Assembly (NCBI GenBank): GCA_013388835.1
Contig: JACAEL010000038.1
Span: forward strand, 171 to 64,170
Direction of reading: 5' to 3'
Length of the DNA: 64,000 bases
DNA from: Candidatus Thorarchaeota archaeon
GTDB taxonomy: Archaea > Asgardarchaeota > Thorarchaeia > Thorarchaeales > Thorarchaeaceae
This document shows positions 46,779 to 54,658 of the stretch, piece by piece; within the stretch, counting starts at the first letter, position 1; every line of letters starts with the position of its first letter. Position numbers and translations under genes: made by a program. The notes under the pieces were generated by a model. The model saw nothing but the letters and a program-made list of their open reading frames with translations, had not been told where the DNA came from and did not search any database.

Positions 46779-48719
46779 ATGACTTTGAAGAAACATCTCG
46801 TAGATGAACTCACGGAGGTATTTGGTGAGAGGGTCGTCACTGCCAAGCACGAGCTCATCATCCATGCCCAAGACGTTGGCGCTCTGCCCAAGCAGGTCGG
46901 CTGGCTGATGAACACGAATCCGGATGCCGTAGTACGACCCCAGAGCGTGGAGGAGGTCCGCGCGCTCTATGCGTTTGCCAACAAGCACCACATCCCGCTC
47001 ACACCCAGAGGTGCTGGCACTTCCGGTTATGGTGGTGCTATCCCGCGTAACGGCGGCGTGGTCGTAGACATGCGGCTCTTTGACAAGGTGCTGTCAGTGG
47101 ATTCGCAGGCTCTCACTGTCACTGTACAGCCGGGAATCTCTTGGGCGAACCTTCAGCATCACCTGAACCGAATGGGACTGGACTTGCGCTGCTACCCGTC
47201 ATCGGGCATCTCGGCTACTGTTGGCGGCTGGGTCGCCCAGGGCGGCGATGGTATTGGTTCCCTCAAGTACGGGAACATCAATCAGAATGTAGTTGAGGTC
47301 GAGGTTGTCCTGCCGAATGGTCAGGTGGTGACCAGCCGTGACACCGACCTGTTCTGTGACACTGAAGGTATTCTTGGGATTATCACAAGGGTGACGCTCA
47401 AGATTAAGCCGCTCACTCGCATAGTCCCCATTGTGGTCAGCTTTTCTGAGAACTACCTCATGACATTCGCAATCGAGAAGATACTTGAGAGAGCCCCGCT
47501 CCCAATGACGATGAAGTTCGAGGAGTCCAAGTACACGGACCTCAAGAAGCAGGCATGGGAAGGACACGGACCATTCCCGTTCCCGGTCGACCACTGCACC
47601 CTTCTGGTCGCATTTGATGGTCCAGACGAGGAGATTGAACGAGGTCTCGAAGTGGTCCGCGAGGTCACTACCGAGTACAAGGGCCGCGTCTATGACAGGC
47701 AGGTGTCGGAACATGAGTGGGCCGAGCGATACTACCCGATGAGAATCAAGAAGCTTGGCCCCACACTCGTGGTCGGTCAGGCCTTTGCACCCCTGGAGAG
47801 ACTCGAGGCCATCCTTGACGACTTCCAGTTCGAACAGGCCTCGGCAAGAGCTGGCATTGACGGATACGTGAACTCCAAGACCGGCGTCACAATGATGGGC
47901 TATTTCCTGGAGGACGAGCGAAGGACCTTTTTCATGCTCTCGTGGGTGCAGAGCTTTGTGATCTTCAAGATTGCACAGCGACACGGTGGTCATCCCCACT
48001 CCACAGGGATATGGCTCGCAAACTATGCGCCAGTCTACTTTGGAAGACGGAGGCTCGGGCGTATCAGAGCGGCGAAACTCAAGTATGACCCCAACGAGGT
48101 GTCCAACCCCGGGAAGGTGTTCGCATACTGGCTGCCGCTCATACTCCGTATTGGCAAGTACTTCATGTGGATTGCCTTTGACCTCTTCCGAAACGGGTTT
48201 GGCCGCATGGCCCCCATACTCTTGAAGTGGCTACAGAATCTGCCGCCACTCAAGTGGGTGTTGCGCTGGGGACGCGCGCACAGCCCGTGGCCTGTGCAAT
48301 ATGGACTGGGATGTTGCATGGCCGATGGAGCAGCGGCGGTGGCTTCGAGATGGGACCTTGAGAGGTTCGGCATGCTGCCGCTCTTCGGACCCAGGCAGTG
48401 TGATGTCCTGTGGATATCGGGGTCACTCACAAAGAAGATGGCCCCAAGGCTCAAGCGTATCTACGAACAGATGCCCGAACCCAAGTATGTCATCTGTTTT
48501 GGGCAGTGCGCTGCGAGTGGTGGCCTCTTCTGGGATGGATACTCGCTCGAAACAGACCCGGAGAAGATCGTGCCTGTCGATGTCTACTTGCCCGGTTGCC
48601 CACCGAAGCCGGAGGACTTTGTGAGGGCACACCTCATTCTGCAGAACAAGATACGGGCAGGCACCACTCACTGGCAGAGGCGATACGAGAATCAGGACGC
48701 AATGGGAGTCATTCAGTAG
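46779..48719 (+). CDS. In-frame fusion of FAD-linked oxidase (GlcD/D-lactate dehydrogenase type) and NADH-quinone oxidoreductase subunit B (NuoB, N2-cluster subunit)
   Basis: Residues 1-480 carry the FAD PCMH domain (PRGAGTSGYGGAIP…NPGKVF, the usual C-terminus of GlcD-family proteins). There is no stop. After a roughly 55-aa hydrophobic/amphipathic linker comes the NuoB core (WGRAHSPWPVQYGLGCCMAD…CFGQCAASGG…YLPGCPP with the four N2-ligating Cys). The ORF is continuous, 646 aa. Confidence 0.8.
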   Translation: MTLKKHLVDELTEVFGERVVTAKHELIIHAQDVGALPKQVGWLMNTNPDAVVRPQSVEEVRALYAFANKHHIPLTPRGAGTSGYGGAIPRNGGVVVDMRLFDKVLSVDSQALTVTVQPGISWANLQHHLNRMGLDLRCYPSSGISATVGGWVAQGGDGIGSLKYGNINQNVVEVEVVLPNGQVVTSRDTDLFCDTEGILGIITRVTLKIKPLTRIVPIVVSFSENYLMTFAIEKILERAPLPMTMKFEESKYTDLKKQAWEGHGPFPFPVDHCTLLVAFDGPDEEIERGLEVVREVTTEYKGRVYDRQVSEHEWAERYYPMRIKKLGPTLVVGQAFAPLERLEAILDDFQFEQASARAGIDGYVNSKTGVTMMGYFLEDERRTFFMLSWVQSFVIFKIAQRHGGHPHSTGIWLANYAPVYFGRRRLGRIRAAKLKYDPNEVSNPGKVFAYWLPLILRIGKYFMWIAFDLFRNGFGRMAPILLKWLQNLPPLKWVLRWGRAHSPWPVQYGLGCCMADGAAAVASRWDLERFGMLPLFGPRQCDVLWISGSLTKKMAPRLKRIYEQMPEPKYVICFGQCAASGGLFWDGYSLETDPEKIVPVDVYLPGCPPKPEDFVRAHLILQNKIRAGTTHWQRRYENQDAMGVIQ

Positions 48720-49178
48720 GTGAGGTCAATGTCGCTCAGAGAAGACACAGAGTTCTATTGCCTGCTCTGGCTTGGCATGGTCACACTGGGCTCGTACTAC
48801 TTCAACGTGTTCTATCTGTCAGCCACGAGCTCGACCTATCTCTCCGCCATCGGCTCATTGTTGCCCGTCCTGCTGGGGGCTCCCCTGATGCTTGTCTTTC
48901 TGTTCGTTGGTTATCTGAAGCCGGCAAGAGGCCGCATCAAGATGAACATGCTGGCCCTCGCGGTCATCGTCATGGTGTTCTACGCCATAATGATTGCAGG
49001 AGAGCCAACCGGCCAGGCTGGCGGCATGTACACCGCGTTCTGGGGCGCGGGAAGCTCACTGCTTGTCGCAGGTGCCCTTGCGATTCGGCCGTCACTGACC
49101 GAGAGCACCTCTCGTGGCATGCTTGACGTGTCAAAGCTGAAGTATCCGCCCGAGCCGCCAACCGACTCTGCAGAGTAG
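48720..49178 (+). CDS. Small integral membrane protein (4 TM)
   Basis: 152 aa hydrophobic ORF starting 1 bp after the fusion gene stop. Confidence 0.45.
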   Translation: MRSMSLREDTEFYCLLWLGMVTLGSYYFNVFYLSATSSTYLSAIGSLLPVLLGAPLMLVFLFVGYLKPARGRIKMNMLALAVIVMVFYAIMIAGEPTGQAGGMYTAFWGAGSSLLVAGALAIRPSLTESTSRGMLDVSKLKYPPEPPTDSAE

Positions 49179-49180
49179 AC

Positions 49181-49480
49181 TCACAGCTCCTTGAGCCACG
49201 CATAGGCGGAGAAACTCAGCAGCAGGCCAAATGCAATCCACGCGAAGAGGACTATACCCGGTCCCCAGTCGAACAGCGTCAGGTCCAAGTAGCCGTGCAC
49301 CCCTGTCACAGTCCCCGAGAACATCGTCATCAGTGTCCGGGAGGACCTAGTCTTCAAGTGAGCCAACAGAAAGGTCGACAGAAACAGGATGCCGCCCGTG
49401 CCAAAGAAAACCATGTGAAAGAATGTCAGTTCCACTGTTGATGCGAGCGCATACCAGAAATAGGAGCCCACGAATGCCAT
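49181..49480 (-). CDS. Small integral membrane protein (about 99 aa, 3 TM)
   Basis: Start taken at Met MAFVGSYFWY (49480). The longer ORF to 49687 reads through the direct repeats and is rejected. Confidence 0.45.
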   Translation of the reverse strand: MAFVGSYFWYALASTVELTFFHMVFFGTGGILFLSTFLLAHLKTRSSRTLMTMFSGTVTGVHGYLDLTLFDWGPGIVLFAWIAFGLLLSFSAYAWLKEL

Positions 49481-49496
49481 TCCACTGAGCAGAACG

Positions 49497-49606
49497 GTTT
49501 CAATCCCCGCGATATGGGATCTGTTTCTGCGACCAAGTATCTCTTGGCACGGGGCGTTCCTGTTTCCATGTTTCACTCCCCGCGATATGGGATCTGTTTC
49601 TGCGAC
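49497..49606. repeat. Two 37-bp direct repeats (gtttcaatccccgcgatatgggatctgtttctgcgac / gtttcactcc…, 1 mismatch) separated by a 36-bp unique spacer; minimal CRISPR-like array or regulatory direct repeat
   Basis: Read directly: repeat 1 at 49497-49533, spacer 49534-49569, repeat 2 at 49570-49606. Repeat length, spacer length and the GTTTCAAT 5' end are CRISPR-like. No cas genes are in the window. Confidence 0.5.
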
Positions 49607-50038
49607 ATGTCGGCCCCCGAACAGGCAATCTATGGTGTTGGAGTACGGATAGGCCTGCATTCTGGGGTGAGTTGTGTGCATCATCATTCTGCAAGGTCGC
49701 TTATAAACATCCCCACGCAGTATCGGTGGATGTCAAGTTGGGGGAAGGCCGAAGGGGTGAGGAAGGTCTACTGTCCCCTAGGAAAGGTTGTACAGACCGC
49801 GTCTTGTCAGCTGCTGCCGTCTCTCTCAATTGCTGACGGCTCGGGCAGGCTGTTCGAGAAGGCAGACAATGACCGTCCGGCACTCGCAGGACAGTCCGAA
49901 GCGTTTTTATGAAGCATGTCGGTAGCGGACGCCTAACGCCGGCATCCAAGGGACTCGACACAGCGCGGAGAGACATCGGGACAATGAATGTCTTGAGGGT
50001 CAGTCTGCTATTGCGTCGCCCAAGGAGAATCTGACGAC

Positions 50039-50521
50039 ATGAGCCTGACTGGTCTGCAGTGGAGTTCAACTGAAATGCGCCTGTTCATCGACTTCATCCC
50101 GGTCCTCCTGTGGGCCATATTCGCCATGGTACTCGTTGTCATAATGCTGTTGGCCTCTTGGGTGTTGCGCCCCCACGTCCTTCAGAACTCGGAGAAGACC
50201 TCGACCTACGAGTGTGGTGAGGAGCCTGTGGGCCCTGCGAGGATCTCGTATCCATACAACTACATGGTCTACACCGTGCTTTTTGTTGTGATCGACGTCC
50301 TCGGAGCCTTCCTCTACATCGTGGCGGCATCCACACTTCGTCTGTCAGTACCGGTGGTCTGGGAGGTGCTTCTGTTCGTAGTGCTGTTGGCCAGCGGTGT
50401 CGGCTACGCGATGAAGGTTCTGCCACATACGTCCACAGCCGGGAGTGAGACTCTGGCCCTGTATCGTGCGGCCAAGGCTGCATACATCGAGGGAGAACGC
50501 GAATCTGTGAGGTCAGACTGA
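50039..50521 (+). CDS. nuoA: NADH-quinone oxidoreductase subunit A (NuoA/Nqo7)
   Basis: 3-TM protein with YECGEEP motif. Confidence 0.85.
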   Translation: MSLTGLQWSSTEMRLFIDFIPVLLWAIFAMVLVVIMLLASWVLRPHVLQNSEKTSTYECGEEPVGPARISYPYNYMVYTVLFVVIDVLGAFLYIVAASTLRLSVPVVWEVLLFVVLLASGVGYAMKVLPHTSTAGSETLALYRAAKAAYIEGERESVRSD

Positions 50522-51123
50522 TGCAAGAGATTGAAGTGTTACTCGAACAGGTAGAGTTCGTGGCCATCGCCGTTGCGGTGATAGTCTTGGCGCTCCTTGC
50601 TCTTGAACACAAGGAGATTGTCTATGCGGCCTTCTTCTTCGGAATCATGGCCTCGGTGGTCGCGGGCGTCTTCCTCTTGCTCGAGGCCCCTTTCATCGCC
50701 GGTATGCAGATTGCCGTATACACGGGCGGAATCAGTGCGCTCATCATCTTTGCTGTACTGCTCTTGCCCAGGGCGCAGGACTCCTCGCTAGAGGTCTTCG
50801 AGTCTCCCAGAAGGAGGCGACTGGGGCTGGCCACTGCTGCGGGAGTCATGACGCTCTCCGGAGCGCTGGCACTTCTCTTCCCATGGTACGAGGCGTTTCC
50901 AGCTGGCCAACCTGACCTGGCCCAGAGCCTGCAGGAGCTTGCCGTCTGGATGTGGGGCACGCACGGTGTCATTGTTCAGATGGTTGCCCTGACGATGCTG
51001 ACTTCCATTGTTGGGACCATGACACTGCTGAGGATGGAGAAGACCGAACATCTCCAAGAGATTGCCACGTACACCAAGTCGGCTGAAGCCACCGACACGA
51101 GAGAGGAGGCTGAGAGACAGTGA
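50521..51123 (+). CDS. nuoJ: NADH-quinone oxidoreductase subunit J (NuoJ/ND6-like)
   Basis: 5-TM about 200 aa with the NuoJ-like VYTGGISALIIFAVLLL segment; position before nuoK. Confidence 0.7.
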   Translation: MQEIEVLLEQVEFVAIAVAVIVLALLALEHKEIVYAAFFFGIMASVVAGVFLLLEAPFIAGMQIAVYTGGISALIIFAVLLLPRAQDSSLEVFESPRRRRLGLATAAGVMTLSGALALLFPWYEAFPAGQPDLAQSLQELAVWMWGTHGVIVQMVALTMLTSIVGTMTLLRMEKTEHLQEIATYTKSAEATDTREEAERQ

Positions 51124-51431
51124 TCCCCCTGTCGTGGTATCTCATTCTGGCTTTCATTCTCATTGGTCTCGGGGCATACGGTATGGTTGTCAAGAGGAAT
51201 CTGATTCGTATTCTCATAGGCTCTGAGATCATGGCCAACGGTGTCAACATCGCGTTTGTTGCGACCTCGCTGTACTACCCGGTCTTCAACATCACTGGCC
51301 AGGCACTCATCGTCCTTGTGATATCCATCTCGGCGGCTCACACTGCGCTTGCGATGGTGTTGATGCTTCTCTACTACAGGCGATACAAGACTGTGGACCT
51401 TGGTCGTCGTCAGGTTGTGGAGGTGCGGTGA
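51120..51431 (+). CDS. nuoK: NADH-quinone oxidoreductase subunit K (NuoK/ND4L)
   Basis: 103 aa, 3 TM, LIGLGAYGMVVKRNLIRILIGSEIMANGVNIAFV. Confidence 0.85.
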   Translation: MIPLSWYLILAFILIGLGAYGMVVKRNLIRILIGSEIMANGVNIAFVATSLYYPVFNITGQALIVLVISISAAHTALAMVLMLLYYRRYKTVDLGRRQVVEVR

Positions 51432-51935
51432 TTGACGGAGAGTCCCTCAGCTCTGGCCTTTGCTCGAAGTGTCACGAACCGGTATCCGGACGTGCAGGCA
51501 GATGTGATTGACGAACACAATGTCAAGCTGAGCACACCCCCCGAAAGGATTCGTGATGTCGTTTCGCTCATCGACTCAGGCCTTTCAGACGCGTTCCCAG
51601 AGTCGGTCTTCGGTGTCGATCTGACCGGAGACCAGTACGAGCTGATATACTACTTCTGGTCCCACAACGCGCGACTCCTCTGCCAAGTGCGAGTGAGACT
51701 GACAGGACCCACCCCCTCCGTGCACTCCGTGGCCGACATGTTTCCGGGACTGGAGTGGCACGAGCGGGAGACCCATGAGATGTTCGGGATCCAGTTCGTG
51801 GGGCATCCGGACCTGAGGCCCCTCTTGCTTCCGGAGGAACTTAGAGGCAAGTACCCTCTCCGGAAGAGCTTCCAGACCGATAGGAGTCGTCTTGAGGAGT
51901 CGGGGCTTCCGTTGCGAGGAGGTGCGAGCGAGTGA
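51432..51935 (+). CDS. nuoC: NADH-quinone oxidoreductase subunit C (30 kDa)
   Basis: FPGLEWHERETHEMFGIQFVGHPDLRPLLLPEE signature. Confidence 0.85.
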   Translation: MTESPSALAFARSVTNRYPDVQADVIDEHNVKLSTPPERIRDVVSLIDSGLSDAFPESVFGVDLTGDQYELIYYFWSHNARLLCQVRVRLTGPTPSVHSVADMFPGLEWHERETHEMFGIQFVGHPDLRPLLLPEELRGKYPLRKSFQTDRSRLEESGLPLRGGASE

Positions 51936-53080
51936 CAACGAGACAGAAGCCGGACATACTCGAAGAGGCCTCTGAGATATGGTTTGGTCCTCAGCATGTC
52001 TCCGCTCACGGCTGGGCCACAAAGCTCACCATCGTTGGTGACTACGTGGTCGAGTGTGACCCGCACGCGGGCTACTTCCACAGGTCTGCGGAGAAGGTGC
52101 TGGAGTATCGTAACTTCAACCAAGGACCTCTGGTCATGGAGCGACTCTGCATGCTAGAGGCGTTTCTCGCAGAGTATCCCTACGTGAGTGCAGTGGAGAA
52201 GATAGCCGGTCTCGAAGTGCCAGAGAGGGCCAGAGTCCTGAGGACCATCATGATGGAGGCCAGTCGGATCCACAGCCTTCAGTTCTGGTGGGGGCAGTTC
52301 TCAGCCGAGCTCGGGCTGTTCGCAATGTTGCTCTGGCCGTGGATTGACAGAGAGTACTTCCTCGACACGTTCGAGGAGCTTACCGGGTCCAGACACACGG
52401 TGTCATTCAGCACTCCCGGCGGAGTGAGGTATGACATGACAGAGAAGGTCGCTCAGAAGCTGGACCGGGCGCTCACACGCCTGGAAGAGAGGATGCCCAA
52501 GTTTCGTGACATGCTCATGGGAAGCCCGACCTTTCGGCTTCGAACCCGAGGCGTGGGGCTACTGAGCGGCAGAGAGGCAATCAGGCTTGGACTGAGCGGC
52601 CCAAATGTGAAGGCATGCGGAATCCCGATGGACCTGCGCAAGGACATGCCTGACCCGAACCTGGCCTACGACCTCGTGGACTTCGAGGTGCCGACGGTGG
52701 AGAGCAAGGAACACCCGGGGATGAGTGACGCATACGACAGGATGGTGCAGCGATTCCACGAGGTCGAGACCTCAGTGAGCATAATCAGACAGCTCCTGCC
52801 TCATCTCAAGCCGGGCCCTGTCATCGACCCGAAGGCACGAGCGAAGACCAACCGACTTCCTGAGGGGGAGGCGTACGGAAGGGTCGAGGGCACACGAGGC
52901 ATCACAACAGTCTGGCTGAAGACCACCGACAAGGCACAGACACCCTATCGGGCGAAGGTGCGAGGACCGTGTTTCAACTCATACTACTCGCTAAAGCACC
53001 TCGTACCCGGACACAGATTTGCGGACTTCATAGTGGTGTTTGGTAGCCTTGACCCGTATCCGGGTTGGTGGGACAGGTGA
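51932..53080 (+). CDS. nuoD: NADH-quinone oxidoreductase subunit D (49 kDa)
   Basis: 382 aa, conserved NuoD regions (…HRSAEK…, C-terminal RGPCFNSYYSL…GSLDPYPGWWDR). Confidence 0.9.
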   Translation: MTTRQKPDILEEASEIWFGPQHVSAHGWATKLTIVGDYVVECDPHAGYFHRSAEKVLEYRNFNQGPLVMERLCMLEAFLAEYPYVSAVEKIAGLEVPERARVLRTIMMEASRIHSLQFWWGQFSAELGLFAMLLWPWIDREYFLDTFEELTGSRHTVSFSTPGGVRYDMTEKVAQKLDRALTRLEERMPKFRDMLMGSPTFRLRTRGVGLLSGREAIRLGLSGPNVKACGIPMDLRKDMPDPNLAYDLVDFEVPTVESKEHPGMSDAYDRMVQRFHEVETSVSIIRQLLPHLKPGPVIDPKARAKTNRLPEGEAYGRVEGTRGITTVWLKTTDKAQTPYRAKVRGPCFNSYYSLKHLVPGHRFADFIVVFGSLDPYPGWWDR

Positions 53081-53094
53081 GGAGGTGACATAGA

Positions 53095-54222
53095 GTGCAG
53101 TTCGACTTCTTCGAATGGCTTTCCGGGATACCGTCATGGCTCTGGGGCATACTCAGCTGGCTCTGGGGTGTCGTGCAGTGGTGGTTCTTCTGGGTCTGGG
53201 GACTCTTCGAATGGGTCTGGGGACTCGTTGTTGTCAACTTCTGGTTCCTGTTCAAAGCGGTCGTGTTTCCCGGTCTGATATTCATAGTCCTCGCAATCAT
53301 CTACTCCGTGTGGTTCTCAAGAAAACTGTGGGGTCGCATACAGGGCCGACGTGGTCCCTTCCACATCGGGAAGTATGGGGGTCTGCAGCTGTTCGCGGAT
53401 GCGATAAAGCTGGTCTCAAAGGAGACAATCATTCCAGACGGCGCCAAGAGGTGGATGTACCGGCTGCTTCCCAGTCTGCTTCTTGTGATTGTGATATTGC
53501 CGTTCGCCTTCGTACCCTGGGACGAATGGTGGTACATCTCAGACCTGTCTGTCAGCCTGGTCCTCATGTTCGCATTCGTGACCGCGGTCCCAGTGATTGC
53601 ACTCCTCGCAGGGTGGATCAGCGGGTCGAAGTACTCTCTGATAGGCGGCTTCAGAGCAGCGAACAACCAGTTTGCGGCGGAGATACCTCTCCTCATATCG
53701 TCAGTGGGCCCGGCGCTTCTTGCAGGCTCGCTCAGTATCATGACGATATCTCAGTCCCAGACAGCCATCTGGTACGTCTTTCTGCTTCCGGTGAGCTGCG
53801 CCACTTTCATCGTGAGTGCCGCTGCCACTACTGGCCTGGTGCCTTTCGATGCACCGATTGCAGACTCTGAGATCATATTCGGATGGAGAACGGAGTTCAG
53901 TGGCATCTACTTCACCATGACCTACTTTGCTGAGTTCGCAAAGCAGTTCCTCTACAGTGCAATGACGGTGGCGTTGTTTCTCGGGGGCTCTTACGGTCTG
54001 CCATTCCTGCCGGGGGTTGTCAACTTTCTCATCAAGACGCTGATAGTCATGTTCTTCTTTGTGGTCGTGACGAGTTCCTTCTTCCGTATTCGTCAGGATG
54101 AGATAGTCTACCACTCGTGGCGATACCTGCTGCCGCTGTCACTCCTGAATCTCGTCGTGGCCATGCTTGTCCTTGCCTATTTCCCACCGCTGGCCAGCGC
54201 GCTGCAGGGCATAGGAGGTTGA
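53095..54222 (+). CDS. nuoH: NADH-quinone oxidoreductase subunit H (ND1) with unusual Trp-rich N-terminal extension
   Basis: 8-TM NuoH core (GRIQGRRGPFHIGKYGGLQLFADAIKL, …FVPWD…) preceded by about 50 aa WLWGILSWLWGVVQWWFFWVWGLFEWVWGL. Confidence 0.85.
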   Translation: MQFDFFEWLSGIPSWLWGILSWLWGVVQWWFFWVWGLFEWVWGLVVVNFWFLFKAVVFPGLIFIVLAIIYSVWFSRKLWGRIQGRRGPFHIGKYGGLQLFADAIKLVSKETIIPDGAKRWMYRLLPSLLLVIVILPFAFVPWDEWWYISDLSVSLVLMFAFVTAVPVIALLAGWISGSKYSLIGGFRAANNQFAAEIPLLISSVGPALLAGSLSIMTISQSQTAIWYVFLLPVSCATFIVSAAATTGLVPFDAPIADSEIIFGWRTEFSGIYFTMTYFAEFAKQFLYSAMTVALFLGGSYGLPFLPGVVNFLIKTLIVMFFFVVVTSSFFRIRQDEIVYHSWRYLLPLSLLNLVVAMLVLAYFPPLASALQGIGG

Positions 54223-54226
54223 GACA

Positions 54227-54658
54227 ATGAGATTCTTCGCAGTCTTGGGTGACATATTCAGAGTCCTCAGACACATATTCAGACAGATCTTCGAGCGACC
54301 AATCACAGAGCTGTATCCCTACGAGGACCGCTACTATCCAGAGCGTACAAGGGGACGTCACATCCATGTCAGAGAGAACTGCACGGCCTGTGGACAGTGT
54401 GTCAGGGCCTGCCCGAACGTTGCGATTCGGATTGACAAGGCCGATAGGAAGTTCGAGAAGGACGCGGCACTCTACTTCGACTACACCAGATGCATCTTCT
54501 GTGGGCTATGCGTCCAGGCATGCAGGTTCAACGCGCTGTTTCACACTCCTGTGACGGACCTCTCTGAGGGAGACCGGGAGAGTCTGACATATGGTCCTGA
54601 GAGGATGTCCACTCTTGACAGAGAGCCTCTGAAGTGGCGTGGAAGGAGGTTCAGGTAG
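54227..54658 (+). CDS. nuoI: NADH-quinone oxidoreductase subunit I (2x[4Fe-4S], TYKY)
   Basis: CTACGQCVRACP and CIFCGLCVQACRFNAL ferredoxin motifs. Confidence 0.85.
   Translation: MRFFAVLGDIFRVLRHIFRQIFERPITELYPYEDRYYPERTRGRHIHVRENCTACGQCVRACPNVAIRIDKADRKFEKDAALYFDYTRCIFCGLCVQACRFNALFHTPVTDLSEGDRESLTYGPERMSTLDREPLKWRGRRFR

Noticed and set aside
47199-47999. 266-aa minus-strand ORF inside the FAD-oxidase domain of the fusion gene
   Set aside because: Antisense to a gene with strong family motifs; no motifs of its own.
49181-49694. Long minus-strand ORF (168 aa) and overlapping 64-aa ORF through 49500-49694
   Set aside because: Both contain the peptide RNRSHIAG(I/S)ET twice, which is the translated 37-bp direct repeat. 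The real gene most likely starts at Met 49480 and the repeat region is non-coding.
49695-49715. TATA-like box (cttataaaca) about 330 bp upstream of nuoA, considered as the nuo promoter
   Set aside because: A single A/T-rich hexamer is weak evidence and the distance to nuoA is long. It is noted only as a candidate, not annotated.
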